A DNA stretch of 64,000 nucleotides, from positions 150,504-214,503 of the forward strand of contig RDEW01000034.1 of assembly GCA_011109175.1 (NCBI GenBank), written 5' to 3'. The translations under genes were made by a program, and so were the position numbers. The notes under the pieces are model-generated. The model had not been told where the DNA came from. It saw only the letters and a list, made by a program, of their open reading frames with translations, and searched no databases. Within the stretch, counting starts at the first letter, position 1; each line of letters opens with the position of its first letter. Positions 37,783 through 51,300 of this stretch are shown here, in pieces. Source of the stretch: Dicyema japonicum (taxonomy: Eukaryota; Animalia; Dicyemida).

Positions 37783-40315
37783 TTGTTTTACCGTCGCCTA
37801 CACGAAAATGGCCATAGTGTATGTTCCCAGCAGGACGCGGAAATGCTTTCCACATGGGGTAGTATGTGGGAGGCTAAACCACGCAGAGGAAATACGTGGA
37901 ATGTCCCGTACAGCGCCGCTCCTTTCTTGGCGGAATCTTGCGGAATTTTCGATTTTCGCAAGAAATTTGAGGCGGTAGTGAGACATCTCCCTGATTGGAA
38001 GACGATCGGGGTCGATAAAGTTTATAATTTCTTTATCAAAAGATGCACTTCATTACACGAGTCTATGTGTCGTGTATTACAGAAAAGCATCACTAACCCG
38101 GAAACGATTCCTGATTGGGCATGCACAGGGACAACTTATTTGATCCCAAAGCTGGACAACCCCAGTCTGCTGCAGATTATCGACCGATAACCTGCATGCC
38201 AACCCTGTATAAGCTGATGACCAAATTGGTGGCTAATGAGGTCAGGAGCTTTGTAGACGCAAATGGGATTCTCTCCGAGAATCAGTTGGGAACTGTGCGA
38301 AATTGTCAGGGGGCAAAAGAGCAGGCTTTGATCAACAAATGCCTTTCTGTGTCTCACGGAAACTCACTTTTGTCTATGTGGGTGGATGTGAAGAAGGCTT
38401 ACGATTCAGTTGATCATTCTTACCTTGTCGAGTGCCTACACAGTCTGTGTATGCCTGTGTGGTTCATCAGCTTTGTAGTGGCTGTGATGAATAGGTGGAG
38501 TATTCATCTGAACTATAATAGGCACCGGATAGGCGAGGTAAAACTCAAGAGGGGGATCCTTCAGGGGGATAGCATGTCTCCGCTACTCTTTGTTCTCTGT
38601 TTGGAGCCATTGAGTCGCCGCCTCAATGACCGGTTTGAGCAAATACCAGTTCATTGTGAAGGGGTCTGTTTCAGTACAAATCACCTTCTTTTTATCGATG
38701 ACCTGAAGATGTATGCTCGAACAGCCGAGGAGCTCTACTCCATGGGGGTCTGTGCCAGGGAATTCTTTGAGAGTATAGGGCTAGATTTGAATTATTCAAA
38801 GTCTGCGACTAACACGCAAGTATGTAGCGAGTTAGTAAGAGTCCTAGAGGAACACGAAGGATATAAGTATCTGGGTGTTACCGAATCTCCAAAGTCCCTT
38901 ATAATGCCTGAGACAAAGCGACAAATTACTGAAGGCATCCGTAAAAGAGCAGCGTTATTGTGTAAGACGTCTCTAAATGCAAGGAATTTGTTCCTAGCAT
39001 TAAATGAGTATGCTGTCTCGCTGCTAAACTACTACATAGGTGTTGTGGAGTTTGAGCCCAAAGAGTATGATGAGATGGATGTTATGATCCGTGGAGTACT
39101 CAGAGAGAACCATGTCCATGTGTTGGCAGCCAATAAGGAGAGACTATATTTACCCCGTGATAAATTCGGCCGTGGACTGTGTGGAGTAGTCCAACTAAGT
39201 GAGCGCATCCTAATGCGAATGCACGACACCCTGATAGCTGGGTCAAGTGTGTCTGCTAGGAAGCACGCCATAATAACGACCGAGAAAACACGGGCAACCC
39301 ACCTAGGCACTATCAGACCTTTTTTGTCTGCTAAGTATGGTGTTGATGATGGTGGGCTAGTAAATGTGAAGGCGTTGATCGAATTACAATATAATAATTT
39401 GATGGAAAAGATCAACTTAAAAAGCCTTCATAAGGTCCTCTTCAGAGCATTGGACAACCCACATGTCGACCTTAAGTCGTCGACAATATGGCTAAAATAC
39501 GGTGACAACTCACCTCGATCGGAGGCGTTGTACACGTATATGCAAGACCGCAATATTTTTTGGGGTCGATCAACAAATACATGTCCCCACTGTAAGTCAA
39601 GGAGCATGTCGGTTGATCATTTAGCCACTCGATGTGGATCCATGCTCTGCCACGACTATGTGTGGAGGCACAACGAGGTAGTAAGGAGTCTTCATCTTCT
39701 ACTATGCAATAAGTATGGTATTCGCCACACCAGAAAGTTGCGGACTCATAAGGTGCAATCTGTAGTAGAGAACACCAGGGTCCAAATTAAGGTAGACAGT
39801 GTTATCCGTACCTCGGTGCTAGTCAAGCACAATAAACCGGACATTGTGGTACACGATAAGGAGTCTGGCCAAGTCCTTATCATAGAAGTTGGCATCACGT
39901 CTCAAGACCGTTTGCAGACTGTGGAGGTGGAGAAAAAAAGGAAGTATGACTTTCTTGCAAACGAGATGGGGCAGATGCTTGGTTGCAAGGTCCTCGTTAT
40001 TCCTATAGTAATGACGTGGGAAGGAATTGCAACAAAGTACCACAAGGGTTATCTGATGCAGTTGGGGGTAGATAGGAAGCTCCAGGCCTATCTACAGTCC
40101 ACTGTGTTAAAGCGGACCCTAGAGAGCCTGACACTGGAGTATAGGAGGCAGAGCCCTGAGATGCCATATGGGCAGAGGGTTCAATTAGACAAAGCGCTCT
40201 CGGAGTTGTTTCAGCAACCAGAATCGAACCTGCCTGAGGAGGCTGGCGAACAGGCAGGCGAGGAAGGTTGTTGATTAATAAATATATTAACTTTTTTATT
40301 GTTTGTTAAATAAAG
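37783..40315 (+). mobile_element. R4/Dong-like non-LTR retrotransposon family A, 5'-truncated, RT-CCHC-RLE largely open (719-aa ORF)
   Basis: YRPITCM, WVDVKKAYDS, GILQGDSMSP, LFIDDLK, YKYLG, CPHC..HLATRC, RHNEV, KPDIVV, IEVGIT, KYD; one frameshift near 38150. Confidence 0.95.
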
Positions 40316-40944
40316 TTGTTTAGATAATAATATAATTTAAAACATACTTTAGGTGGTTAATAGATATTTGTCTATTTCATCTACCATCATTTATCTTCCA
40401 GGTCTTCTAGCGGTCCGTAACGTCTGAGACATCGGATCTGAAGTTGTTGGGTTCAAATTCGAACGATGGAGTTTTCAGCTAAGGTCAAACAATTTTTAGA
40501 AAATTTAGTCGCAGTCGAGGCACACCAACCACATAGGTACACCAATGGACCGTGATACGTCTATTATAGTAGTTAAGAAGCTCAATACTAATTAATAGCC
40601 AATCTAATTTAGTTAAATTGTAGAAGAAACTTATAAAAATTAGCTAAATATCTAGTAAAATCATCTGTATTCTCTAAAAACTGGATTTATTCTAAATACC
40701 ATAAGAACCGGAAGAGAAAATCTTTTTTGGTGTACATATCAAACATGGGGATGTCCTAAAACTAGTGGATCGACCAGGATGGTAGCGGCGCGAGAATCGA
40801 AGCAGACAATAAATAAAATATTCAAAAAAACAAATAATTTCAAACTTTTACATTAATTAATTTATTTAAGACTTTATTTTAAAAAATTTATTAAAAAATT
40901 TAAACAACAACCTCATTTATTTACTGTGGGTCAGTCACAGACTT

Positions 40945-42900
40945 AATTCTGATACCAAATATATCGTTTATGGAACTCTTCTTCGTAAAAAAGAATATGA
41001 AGAACTTATACTAAACCTACAGCAGTAAAACTAGAAAGTGACACAAAAGGGACGACATCGATTCAATCGGGTATTATAGTAGGTTTCACTGATCAGATGG
41101 GCCCGTCTACCTTTATTTCTCCGAGATCAAAGAAAGCCAATTTGCGTCAGCGTTTATGAATGATGAGGATCAAGGCTAATTTGGATAGCTCCATGAAGAG
41201 TTCAAACCAAAAAAAGAGTACAATCAGGCTAAATTTACAAAGTATAATTCTGGCGATGGCTGATAACTGAACTGACTACAATTTTGTATATTTTGATGTT
41301 TTACTCAGGTCTGATAATGGGAGTAATGAAAAAGGGCATAAATTGCTTAATCCCCACGACTGGAGAAAAAAAAAGCGTGTTGGAGTCAAAATAAACGTGA
41401 AATTGATTTTGATGGTCAAAAAAGTTCAAATCTCAATCTGACGCCAATAAAATTCAATCTTCTGTGAGTATATATGGATGCTGTCTCTACCTGATCCTCT
41501 TCCATCAATCAGTGATTTTGACCCCCCTGATATTCCAGTCTTCGGTGTTGCAAAAAGGACAACCTGTTTGGCCTCGGATCTAGCGGAATCTCGGTTTCTG
41601 CCATAAAAAATAAGGATCTTGACATTACAACTGACCAATTCGGTCTAGGCCTCGATCGTGAGAGATATTTGTCTCAGAGGTTTTATATTGGTAGACACAT
41701 TATCAGGTTTCTATATTGGTGGACATATTATTATAGGCGTTTGTAGTGGGAGCTTTCGAACTTGATGAAAATAACATTTTTTTCTCCTATAGACATGATG
41801 ACTACAATTTTGATGTTAGAGATGAGGAAGACGTGGAAAATAACAAATTGGATGACTGAACCCTCCATTAAGTCAATTTTGTTATTATTTCAAGATTTGA
41901 AGGATTATTTAGGGATTTAAGGAAGCTGGCCATCTGATGAGAAGACGAATTTATCAACCTTTTGCTTGGCTCCAGAAAAACTACCGTCTTCCAAGGGCGA
42001 GTAGTTTTGAGTCGGAAGCAAGTAAATCTGATACCAAAAAATCTCGATTTTCATATAATGAAGCCATCAGAGTTTTACTTTATTTTTACTTCCAGGAGAG
42101 AAATTGACTGAGATTACTGATGCTAGGTCCATCAAATTCGGCGCGAGTAAGCTTCTCACTGATATTATCGAGGGCGATTCTAAAGAGATAACTCTGAGGA
42201 AGGTATGCTAATCTATTCCTTTCAGAAACCCCATCAATTCGATGGAAGGACGTACAACGGACGGTCATTAGGAGGGTGCCTTATACTGTGGTGCAAGCTT
42301 TTCAACTTGCCAAATCCTTACCCAGAGTTCATTGAAGTTTGTATTTCTATTCTAGTGGCAAGTGACGCGAAAATGTTGCGAAAGCAAATCTCTGTTCATT
42401 TGATGCCCGTTAAAACTGAAAATGTTGAAAAGGAGAAAACTGATCGAATATGCAAAGAAGCAAACAATTCCGCCCATCTGTTTGAGAAACCGCAGAAGAA
42501 CCGCGTATTTCGAAGGTAGACTAAAGAAGGCCAATCACTCGACTCTCACTATGTAGGAACCCTTTGTAAATGAGTTTGAAAATCATCCTATAGATTTCTT
42601 TAATTAGATGATTGGGGATTCAGATGACGAGAAATTGGAAGAGGTGAGGATGAGTTTTTTAACCATATAGAAAATGACTGAAGAGACTTAAAGGGAAATA
42701 GTTGTCGTGAAAGTAAAGGAAGAAGCTATGAAGGAGAGATGGAAATGTTAGTGAAGGGTGAAGTGGCAGTAGGAGTTGCTAGAGTGAAAGAAGATTCTGA
42801 TGATCTTTGGGGGTAAACGAAGATATTCATCTGTATGGGCAACTGGACTCAGGGCTGTACGAATCGAATAGAGTGATTGTTCATCTGATAACTATTTTGA
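40945..42900 (+). pseudogene. GPATCH1: GPATCH1-like G-patch spliceosome factor, heavily frameshifted
   Basis: In order: VYGTLL, PSTFISPRSKKA, FMNDED, G-patch-like GHKLL..DWRK..VG, IYGCCL, KDNLFGLG, QFGLG, CKLFNLPNPYP, HPIDFF..DSDDEK, matching my recollection of human GPATCH1 blocks. Confidence 0.65.
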
Positions 42901-42979
42901 CCAGCTCTTCCTGATTGAAGTGTATATAATTAATGAGTCATTTTTCTCTAACATTGTGAAATAAAAATTGTGTCTATTA

Positions 42980-43120
42980 AATTTGGTTCTTACATTTTTA
43001 AGCTCATGGTGAAATCTGTAATAGAGAATCAGGAGTCCATATCAAGGTGGAAAGTTTTGTCCGAACCTCGGTGGTTATCAAGCACAATAGACGGGACATT
43101 GTGGTACTCGATAGTTAGTC
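42980..43120 (+). mobile_element. R4/Dong-like family A fragment
   Basis: Similar to about 39730-39860 (RTSVVIKHNRRDIVV). Confidence 0.6.
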
Positions 43121-43893
43121 TGGATTAGTCTGGCTTTCCAGAATCGTTGTTATTGGAAACCCCCACCTCAAAGAAACGCAAATTACTGTTTTGATGCCAT
43201 CCGTATAGTTCAAGCCATATGGAACAAACAGATAACTTGATGCTAATTGAAAGAAAGAAAAAAGCACAAGACATTAATATAACTTCACTGGGAAGGTGTA
43301 GGTTCCGACACATCGATACACAACTACCAACAAGATCTCAATCGAACTGTTTATTTATATCTGTTATGTGTTTTGACACGTGGAACAAGGATCATAGGTT
43401 CCCTTAGAGGAAGTCATTTGCTTGTAGAGAAATATAGCGTCCGGATGATATCCGTCATGGGGCGGAACTGTCGCAGATTAGTCGATGATACCCGAGCGGT
43501 TTTCGCCCAATCTATGATCTTACCTTCAAAAATTTATGCCATAAAAATGCAATCTGCAAATTGGTGATCCACAGAAATGTTTGGGAGTGAGAAAAAAATT
43601 AAAATCCAGCAAACTTGAAATAGCGTATCAAAAACAAAGGACAAGCAAGTTACCTGTTACAATTCCAATCGAAAGTTGACGTTCTAGTTTCAACTTTCAC
43701 TTAGAAAGACGAGATTCGAATTGCTAAAACTTCAAATCAATATAGTCATTACATACTACTAAACAAGTATCTTAGTATTCGTCCTTTCTCTTCACTTTTT
43801 TTCAAATTGTTTCACCGCAAAGAGACGTGAAAAGCATCCTACTATTAAGATATTGCACCAAATCGATATTCTTGTTTATAGAAGCAATCACTG

Positions 43894-45006
43894 GGTAATG
43901 TTACAGTTTAATGAGCTATATTTTTTCGAGAAAAAAATAAATAATAAAATAAATAATTATTAATTATATCAGCATATTTAGAGTAACTTTCTCTTTTATA
44001 TTTTTTTATAATTAAAAATTTATAAAAAGAAACATCACTATTTTAAGAAACACACTAATAAATGTCACCAAGAAGCGCCAAGAACTCAGAGAAAACACGA
44101 TGTCGGTCTTTTACGTTCTGCATGTCCCTCACTGAGTTTCTCCAGATAAAGTCATGAAGATAACTCGTGAATAATTATTTGATGTTCATTTATGCAAATA
44201 GAATCAAATTTATACCATATTGTTGACAATTTTTCCTTTTAGCACGCTGCCATAGATTCTTGAAAACAGCGCCCTGTTCCGCGCTCGATTCCTCCAAGGA
44301 CACAATGACCTTCCGTCATAGACCGCGATGGTATTTGCGGTGGAAGAATTTAGACTCGTAGATTTTCACGATTTTTGGTTCTATTAATTAACAAAATAAA
44401 TTTAAAAGATTGTTTTCGTCACGTCCACCAAGCAACTGTGGGACTGTCTCTGAGTTTGAAAGCTACTTCGCAAACGAGATGTTCTTTCGCTCACATACAA
44501 GTTAGCTCCAAAATTTTTCTACGACTTAGATGGCTATCTAAAAAATCATCAAAGTTGCACTACCTTTAAACCATGAGTGATTTCTGATGCTCGTCCTTTT
44601 TTCACACTTTTTGCATTTCCATACATATTTATCGACCACTTGATTCAACACAGAAGAGTGACAATAAATCTAATTATTACACATTTTCAAAAATAACCTT
44701 GCACAGTCGCAGAAAATTGTGTTCTTTATCAAACGCCGTGCTGCAACCACTTTATGCATTCCTCAAGACTCTGTGTACCCATCAGAATCCTCAACAGAGA
44801 GTCGTTCGGTTTGAATGGCAGCACGACTTATTATTTTTCTTGTAGAATTATGCTCTTGCTACCAGCTCGCACCATGTTATTCAAATTTATTCAAATATAA
44901 AAGAGAAGTTACTTTAACAATGCTGATATAATTAATAATATAATTATTTATTTTATTATTTCTTTTTTTCTCGAAAAAATATAGCTCATTAAACTGCAAC
45001 ATTACC
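43894..45006 (-). mobile_element. Internally deleted Merlin (IS1016/IS1595-like) DNA transposon
   Basis: About 110-bp TIRs starting GG; 9-bp TSD CAATCACTG/CAATCACGG; WKCKKC..SIRNHSWF, KIYESKFFHRKYHRG, LGGIERGTGRCF, NLWQRAKRK, YLHDFIWR. Confidence 0.85.
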
Positions 45007-46789
45007 CAATCACGGATATGTACAATATAATTTATAAATTTAATTAATTTTAGTTAAATTAATATTTAAAATTTAAAATAATTTAACGTGTTTATAAATG
45101 ACAAAATCAAAAAAGAACAAAAAACTCAAGAATATTGGTAATTGTATTTAATAAAATCCATAAAAGAAAATACCACATAGACTACGCGAAATGGTTCAAA
45201 TATGAAGCCAGTCGTAAAGAAAAACACAATTTTAGAGTCCACAGAGAAAATCCTTGTGCCTCTTTCACACTCATTTGAGGAAGATCCTGAACGTAATCAT
45301 CACTTTGCTGAAATGGTGAAGAAGATTGATATGAAGTTTAGATTTAATTTTAGTTCGATATCGCCAAGTTGAACCAACAGTGCAAAAAGAGGTTTTTGAT
45401 TGTTTTAAGTCAACTAGAAGTGGAAAGGCAGATGCCTTAAGGAACAAAATTAGAATAATAATAAATTAAGAGTGTTGACGACAGCTATGCTAAGCTGAAG
45501 AATAAAATATTTACTTCCTTCTAAATTTGATTTTCTTAGACAAGTAGGGTACGGAGACGTTGTCGATAAGTCTCCTGTTATACAATATTTGAAAAATAGT
45601 TTTTTCACCAGAATCATATAAACATTGTCGCTTCCGAGCTGGAGCCAATAAATAGTTTGGAAATACGGAATTTCCCATTGTCTATGTTGAACGATTTCAC
45701 ATTCTTGGCAGAAGGACTACATGTTGGACAAAAATCTAGAGCTTCTTCCTCAACCTAGTAGGCAGGTTCTCAAGATAATTTGGGAAGCCTTTTCATATAC
45801 ATCCAGGTTTCGTAGTTTCCAACAGCAAAAGAAAAGCAGAAATGATAGTGTCTGAGAAATAACATCTGTCCTCTTCTAAGAATTCTTTTGTGAACATACC
45901 CGATCCTTTGTGGGTATTCTTTATTGATTCCAAAATGTCAAACGAACAGATGATGTTTACGAATTTTTTCGCTTCATGTCTTTCCTGATAGAGTTATAAG
46001 AACTCAATCTACTAGACTTCATTCTCATTACCCCTTAGCTGATCTGCCGCACCCTGCTCTATTGTTGATTCGGTTCGAAATTTTTTATTTGTCACCGCTT
46101 TTCAACTCTTTCCTTCGTTGACATTTGCACACATCACACAACTGTACTTTAATCGAATGAAAAGACAAATGACACTTTGCAATCTTTTAGCCATTTAACA
46201 TAGAATTTAACCAACTTGGATAAACTTTTAATTTTGATCACAATTGAACTTTTTCTTGGTTCCGTTGATGTACTAATAATTAGAGACCACAGTTACACAA
46301 ACTAACTAATCATGTGATCAAAGCACGCTCTAGCGGTCTCCAATTTCGCCATATTTTTTAATCTTGATTATTTTTAATTAACAAAAAACTTTATTAATAT
46401 TTAAAATTAAAAAAAATTATATTTTTGATGGTTTTAAGCTTCAGGTTGAACATAGATGAGTTGCTACAGACAATCGAGTATCTATAAAATGGATTTCTAG
46501 ATGCGTCGCTATCCAGAAAGTGTAAACAGCTTTTTTGGAGACTTGCCACATTGCTATTTTTCGAGTATATTAAGTCTATTACAGAATATTCCGATTATAA
46601 TAGGATTAATATTGTATTCAGTTGCAATATTGCCAATCATGAGACAACGAACATGCTCCATACAAGAAGATTTTTAATGAAGTTGATTATCCGAAACAAA
46701 GTTGACAAAAAATGAAAAGTTAATTTAATTTTTTTGTTAAAACACAAAATTAGATAATATTTTACATTTTATTGCTTCTAAATATGTAA

Positions 46790-47500
46790 TAGCCAACAGG
46801 GAAAGCATGGATATTAAGTCTCTCAAGGACACTCAGAGGAAATATTTGTTAAATAAGTTTTATTGCAGAACACTACACTCTATTTTGTTCAAATGTATGG
46901 ATGAACCAAATGTCGACCTATCTATTCCTCAAATGGTTATCCGACGGAAAACGGCCCACTGAGCGAAACATTGTACTGTCTTCTGCAAGATAGGAAAATG
47001 TTTTCCATTGCAAAAGAAGCAGGAAAGCTGTCGATCATTTGCCACTCAGTGTGATAAACAGTGATTATTCCGAAGACATAATAAAATGGTAAAGTGTATC
47101 CATTATCCTGTCGAATTTATGGAATAAAAAGAAGCAGAATTGAAAGGACATCGGTTCAGTCAATATTGACGACTCAAAATGTCGAAATCATCAGAGCTGA
47201 CACAATTCAATAAACCTGATATTTTTGTTTACGACTTAATAAAGAAGAAGTAACCTTAATCGAAGTGGGCATTACCTCACAAGACCGACTAAAGCAAGTT
47301 GAAGCTGAGAAACTTAACAAATATGACTTGCTTGCAAATGAACTTTGGCTACTCAATGAATGCCAGTGAAGATTTTCCAGTTGTTTTGACATGGGATGGA
47401 GTGTCTCAAGATGCTTCAAGAATCATATGGATAAATTATCTATTTATCCATAGATGGGTAATAACAGGAAGTTTATGGCTCTTCTTCTAAGAGAAGAAGA
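46790..47500 (+). mobile_element. Degenerate R4/Dong-like 3' part
   Basis: LHSILFKCM, KPDIFVYD, LIEVGITSQDRLKQVE, KYDLLANEL. Confidence 0.8.
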
Positions 47501-47659
47501 GGTACTACCAGCAATCTGGATTAAAATCCGCTTAATTAGTTAATTTACTTGATAAGGACTATATTAGAATTTCTCCTATATTACAAAAATTTTGCTTAAA
47601 ATCAGCATTCTTTAGCAAATAATGTATTTTTATTAAAAAGCACTACCGAGAAAACATAA

Positions 47660-48130
47660 AATTAGTTAAGTTTTCCTTGTGCCGTATTCTGTATCATTCT
47701 CTCCGTTAGCTTCGACCATGATCTTCTGTTGCGCACTAGTTCTATTAGGTAGTCCAGGTCGTCCGGCATTTCCATTATAATGTCAGATGCTGTCCACACT
47801 CTTGTAACGTAGTGAATCAGGTCCTGATTGACTGCAAATCCGAGACTATAATGTCATCACGCCAATGGGAGGATAAAAAAGTGGAATTTTCTAATAAGTT
47901 CTGTACATTGTAGGGTTGTTTTGTCTCTTGTAGACAGCAGACAGAGACGTCATAATTTGTTAGATCGCATACCAGTTGTGTTTCTTGTAAGGTTGTTTAA
48001 GTTCTTCTGCAATTGAAAGATCCCAGAGTGAACGGAGAACTCGGTAAGGAATACGAATAAGACATAGTGCAATAGAGCCGTCGTCACCACCTCAACCAAG
48101 TCACCAGCAATACTTGGAACTTCACCGTCA
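47660..48130 (-). mobile_element. RTE-like element with a large internal deletion (APE start joined to 3' end)
   Basis: GSFNCR..CCLQETK then LDYLIELVRNRRSWSKL; upstream motif shared with 6941-6967. Confidence 0.6.
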
Positions 48131-48859
48131 GGCGCCTGAATAAGTTGCTATAGCGATGTGTATTAACCCATCACAGGGCTTTTTGAAGGATGCAAAAAGG
48201 AGTCCTCTGGGATAGTCGGAGATATCAGTCAGAAGAATAGGTCTGTAAAAATCATTATTATTATTGAACCGAAGAACCACCGTCATAATTAAAATAAACA
48301 AATTACAGGTGATCCCAACCTTCCTCAACAGTCTCCGCATCTTTTCTCTGTGTTCCGACTGTTCCTGCGCATTTCCGATATGGACGGGGTCCGCGTACTG
48401 GAGTCCTTAGCAAGGGCAATGTTCCAGTCGTCTGACGTCAAATGATACTTTCCCTAGTCTTCTGTACAGACCTGAAAGAATCTGGTTCCGCGACTACGGT
48501 CGCAGCTTCCGTAAGTAGGAGATGAACAGTTGATCCAGAGTGCGGGCCCATCATTAATATACTATATTGAATTGATTCTGTGGAGCGTAGTCTCTGATAA
48601 CGCGAATCTTTATGCAACAAAGGAATACTCCACAGATGGTTTACCGGTAGAATTTTCCAACAAAAGCATCCAAAGATAAAGGAATCATCCGGACAAGCGT
48701 GCGTATAACATTCAACTTTTGCAATCCTTTAATGAGGACTTTCACCGTCAACTCACCCGTCATCGGACCAACGACTCCCGATGACTCGCGAGACATAAAT
48801 TAAATTGTTTTTTTTATTTCCATAAGTTTTTTTTATATTCAATAAATAGATATTTAACG

Positions 48860-49340
48860 CAAAAACTAACAGTTAACAACTATTGGCTACTCTCATAATT
48901 GAGAACGCATTTCCCCTTACGATTTGCGTTCTCAATGACCTGGCTCTTTCTCTCCTATCTTTTTCTTCTTCACGATGAGCGATCCGATTCTGTTTAGCAA
49001 AACTCGATTCCTGACGTTTCCACAGCGACTGGTTCAAAAATAAACTGTTCACCAAGACATACGTATTTTTTCATCTTTAGGGTCTCAGCCTCTCTGAAGC
49101 AGAGCCTGGGTAAGTGCTGTCGTAACAAGGTTGGGGGAGAGAGGCTTCCACACAGGTGGCGTCCAGGCGAGGTATCTACCTGTTTCCCATGCAAATATAG
49201 TAGTCCCTCCGGTCTTTGGTTGGCTGGGGCGAGTCCGTGCGGTTCCAATTGGACAGGAAATCTGGCACGCTCAAGTCCCTATGCAATAACTCAGTTGATT
49301 GCGGAGTGTCTTGGACTCCTTCAGCACTCCTCGGCAGGAA
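48860..49340 (-). mobile_element. CRE-like 3' fragment
   Basis: KKYVCLGEQFIFEPVAVETSG; QIVRGNAFS. Confidence 0.75.
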
Positions 49341-49414
49341 AGAGCGTTTCCTTAATTATATCTTTAATAATTAAAAAATAAAAAAATAGATTAATTTATT
49401 TAAAATTTAAACCA

Positions 49415-49772
49415 ATGCAATTAAGTGATTACATTCAGCACTTACACAGACCAATAATCGGTATTAAATGTTCAGAAGAAATCTACACATTATTTCCAGA
49501 TTATCCTATCATCTCCCAACTATTTGATCTTTATATAAATAAAAATCTAACACGTACTCCATATTTACCATTTAGTCCAATTTCAAGATCACAACGGACA
49601 TTTAGTTAAAATTCCAGAATTTAACTTTCAATTCAAAGATATTAACTCTTTTCCTACTATCCCTGTTCAATTCATGGATTTCCTCCCTTCTACCGACCTA
49701 TCAGAAGACTCAGTGACTAATGACTTGCATAATCTTTCAATTAGAGACCAACTGCTTACCAAATGGTCTTAA
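49415..49772 (+). other. Hypothetical intronless ORF with one frameshift
   Basis: 64-aa ORF continues in a shifted frame (QFQDHNGHLVKIPEF..TKWS); no motif recognised. Confidence 0.25.
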
Positions 49773-50929
49773 CTACATCACTACTTTCGAGAAATTAGAA
49801 TACGAGTTTTATGACAAATATATTGGAGGTGATAGTTATATCTAATATAGTTATTTTTATTATTTTCATCCAGATAACTAATGCCGATACTGTCAAAAAC
49901 TCAAATCAATGACCAGTCAAGTTTTGGAGCCAATAAAGATTCATATTTATTAATCATGATATCCCAACTGCAATTCTTATTATGAATACGGAATCTCCCA
50001 CAGACACCAAAATGATTGAATCTGTATCGTATGCATTTGGGCGGGCATTTACGGCTGTTTTACACATTGATAAGGTTGATTTATATATTTAAATAGTTGG
50101 GTGACTTTTTCTCTAATAATTTTTGTTCTTGTGTTGCCCGTAGATAGAAAAGCAGTTGAATGGTCTCCATAACATTCTCTCAAACCGACGGGGACTACAA
50201 AAGTCATTTCTATTTGCGGCAAGCGGATATTTTCAAACCTCCAAGTCGAATTATACTACAGTAAGGACTCAGTCTGGTGTAGCAAGATCAATGTAGCGTA
50301 TAATTTAAATGCAAAGTTATTCTACAGACTCTGAGAAATGCAACTCAAGAAATGAGCGGATTTTCTTTTCTAAAAAAAATTATTTACTTATATATTTATA
50401 AATATTTTCTAATTGTATTTAATATTTTATATATATGTGATAAAAAATTCAAAAGAATACGAGAGTTATCGCTGCGCTTCCTAAGGAAACTTGGACACCT
50501 AGTTACACTAAAAGGCCACGACGCACGTGAGACCCGGTGGCCTCTCCTAAAGTATAACTCGCTCGCCTACAATGTGGAAATAGTCCATTTTGATAAAAAG
50601 AAGTTAGAAGAACACCAGTACTCGACGTGAAAGCAAACAAGTTAGAACTATATTGAGTAAATCAAAAAATTTCTATTTTCGATTGTCGGATTTCCATTGA
50701 TATTGGTTCTGTGTCACATACTTTGTATAACTTTCGTTATTGATCTTTATATCGTAATTATTATTATTAATAGTCCGATTTTTGTCAATATAGTCAAAAA
50801 TTGATATTTTTTAAAATTCGTTCAAGATCACGTCGTCGTTCAAGACCACCAATGATCACGTCGTTCAAAAAGCCAAAGTGGATTAATTAGGCATATTGTG
50901 AGCATCGGGTAAGAACCAGGTGGGGGGAC

Positions 50930-51300
50930 ATAGATGTTCACAAGGGTAATTTTTCCATTGTTGTTTCTAGTGGGACTGCATTGACTTTAGTAACATCGTC
51001 GTCTCCAAGATGTACTTCGCCAATGAAGTGATGTTTATACATTTAATGTCTTTCCGATATAAAACGAGTAGGCCACCACCTGCTTCCACGGTCAGTTCGT
51101 ATTGACTTGTATCCAGGAACATCGGGATTGGACTGTTTATAGGCAGTTTCGTGTCTTGAATCAAAGCCACGTCGATCTTCAGCTCCTTCAAGAGAGAGCG
51201 CAGTTCCAATATTTTGTCCCTCACTCCACTGACATTTAGTTGTAGAACCGTGGTCCGTTTATTACGGTGGACTAGCGGTTCCTTCCTGGTAGACGCGGTT
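50930..51300 (-). mobile_element. APE endonuclease start of an I-group LINE
   Basis: LQLNVSG, DVALIQDTKL, GGGLL. Confidence 0.75.

Noticed and set aside
40400-40470. tRNA-like or SINE head (ctagcggt..gggttcaaattc)
   Set aside because: Boxes are degenerate, with no tail or TSD found
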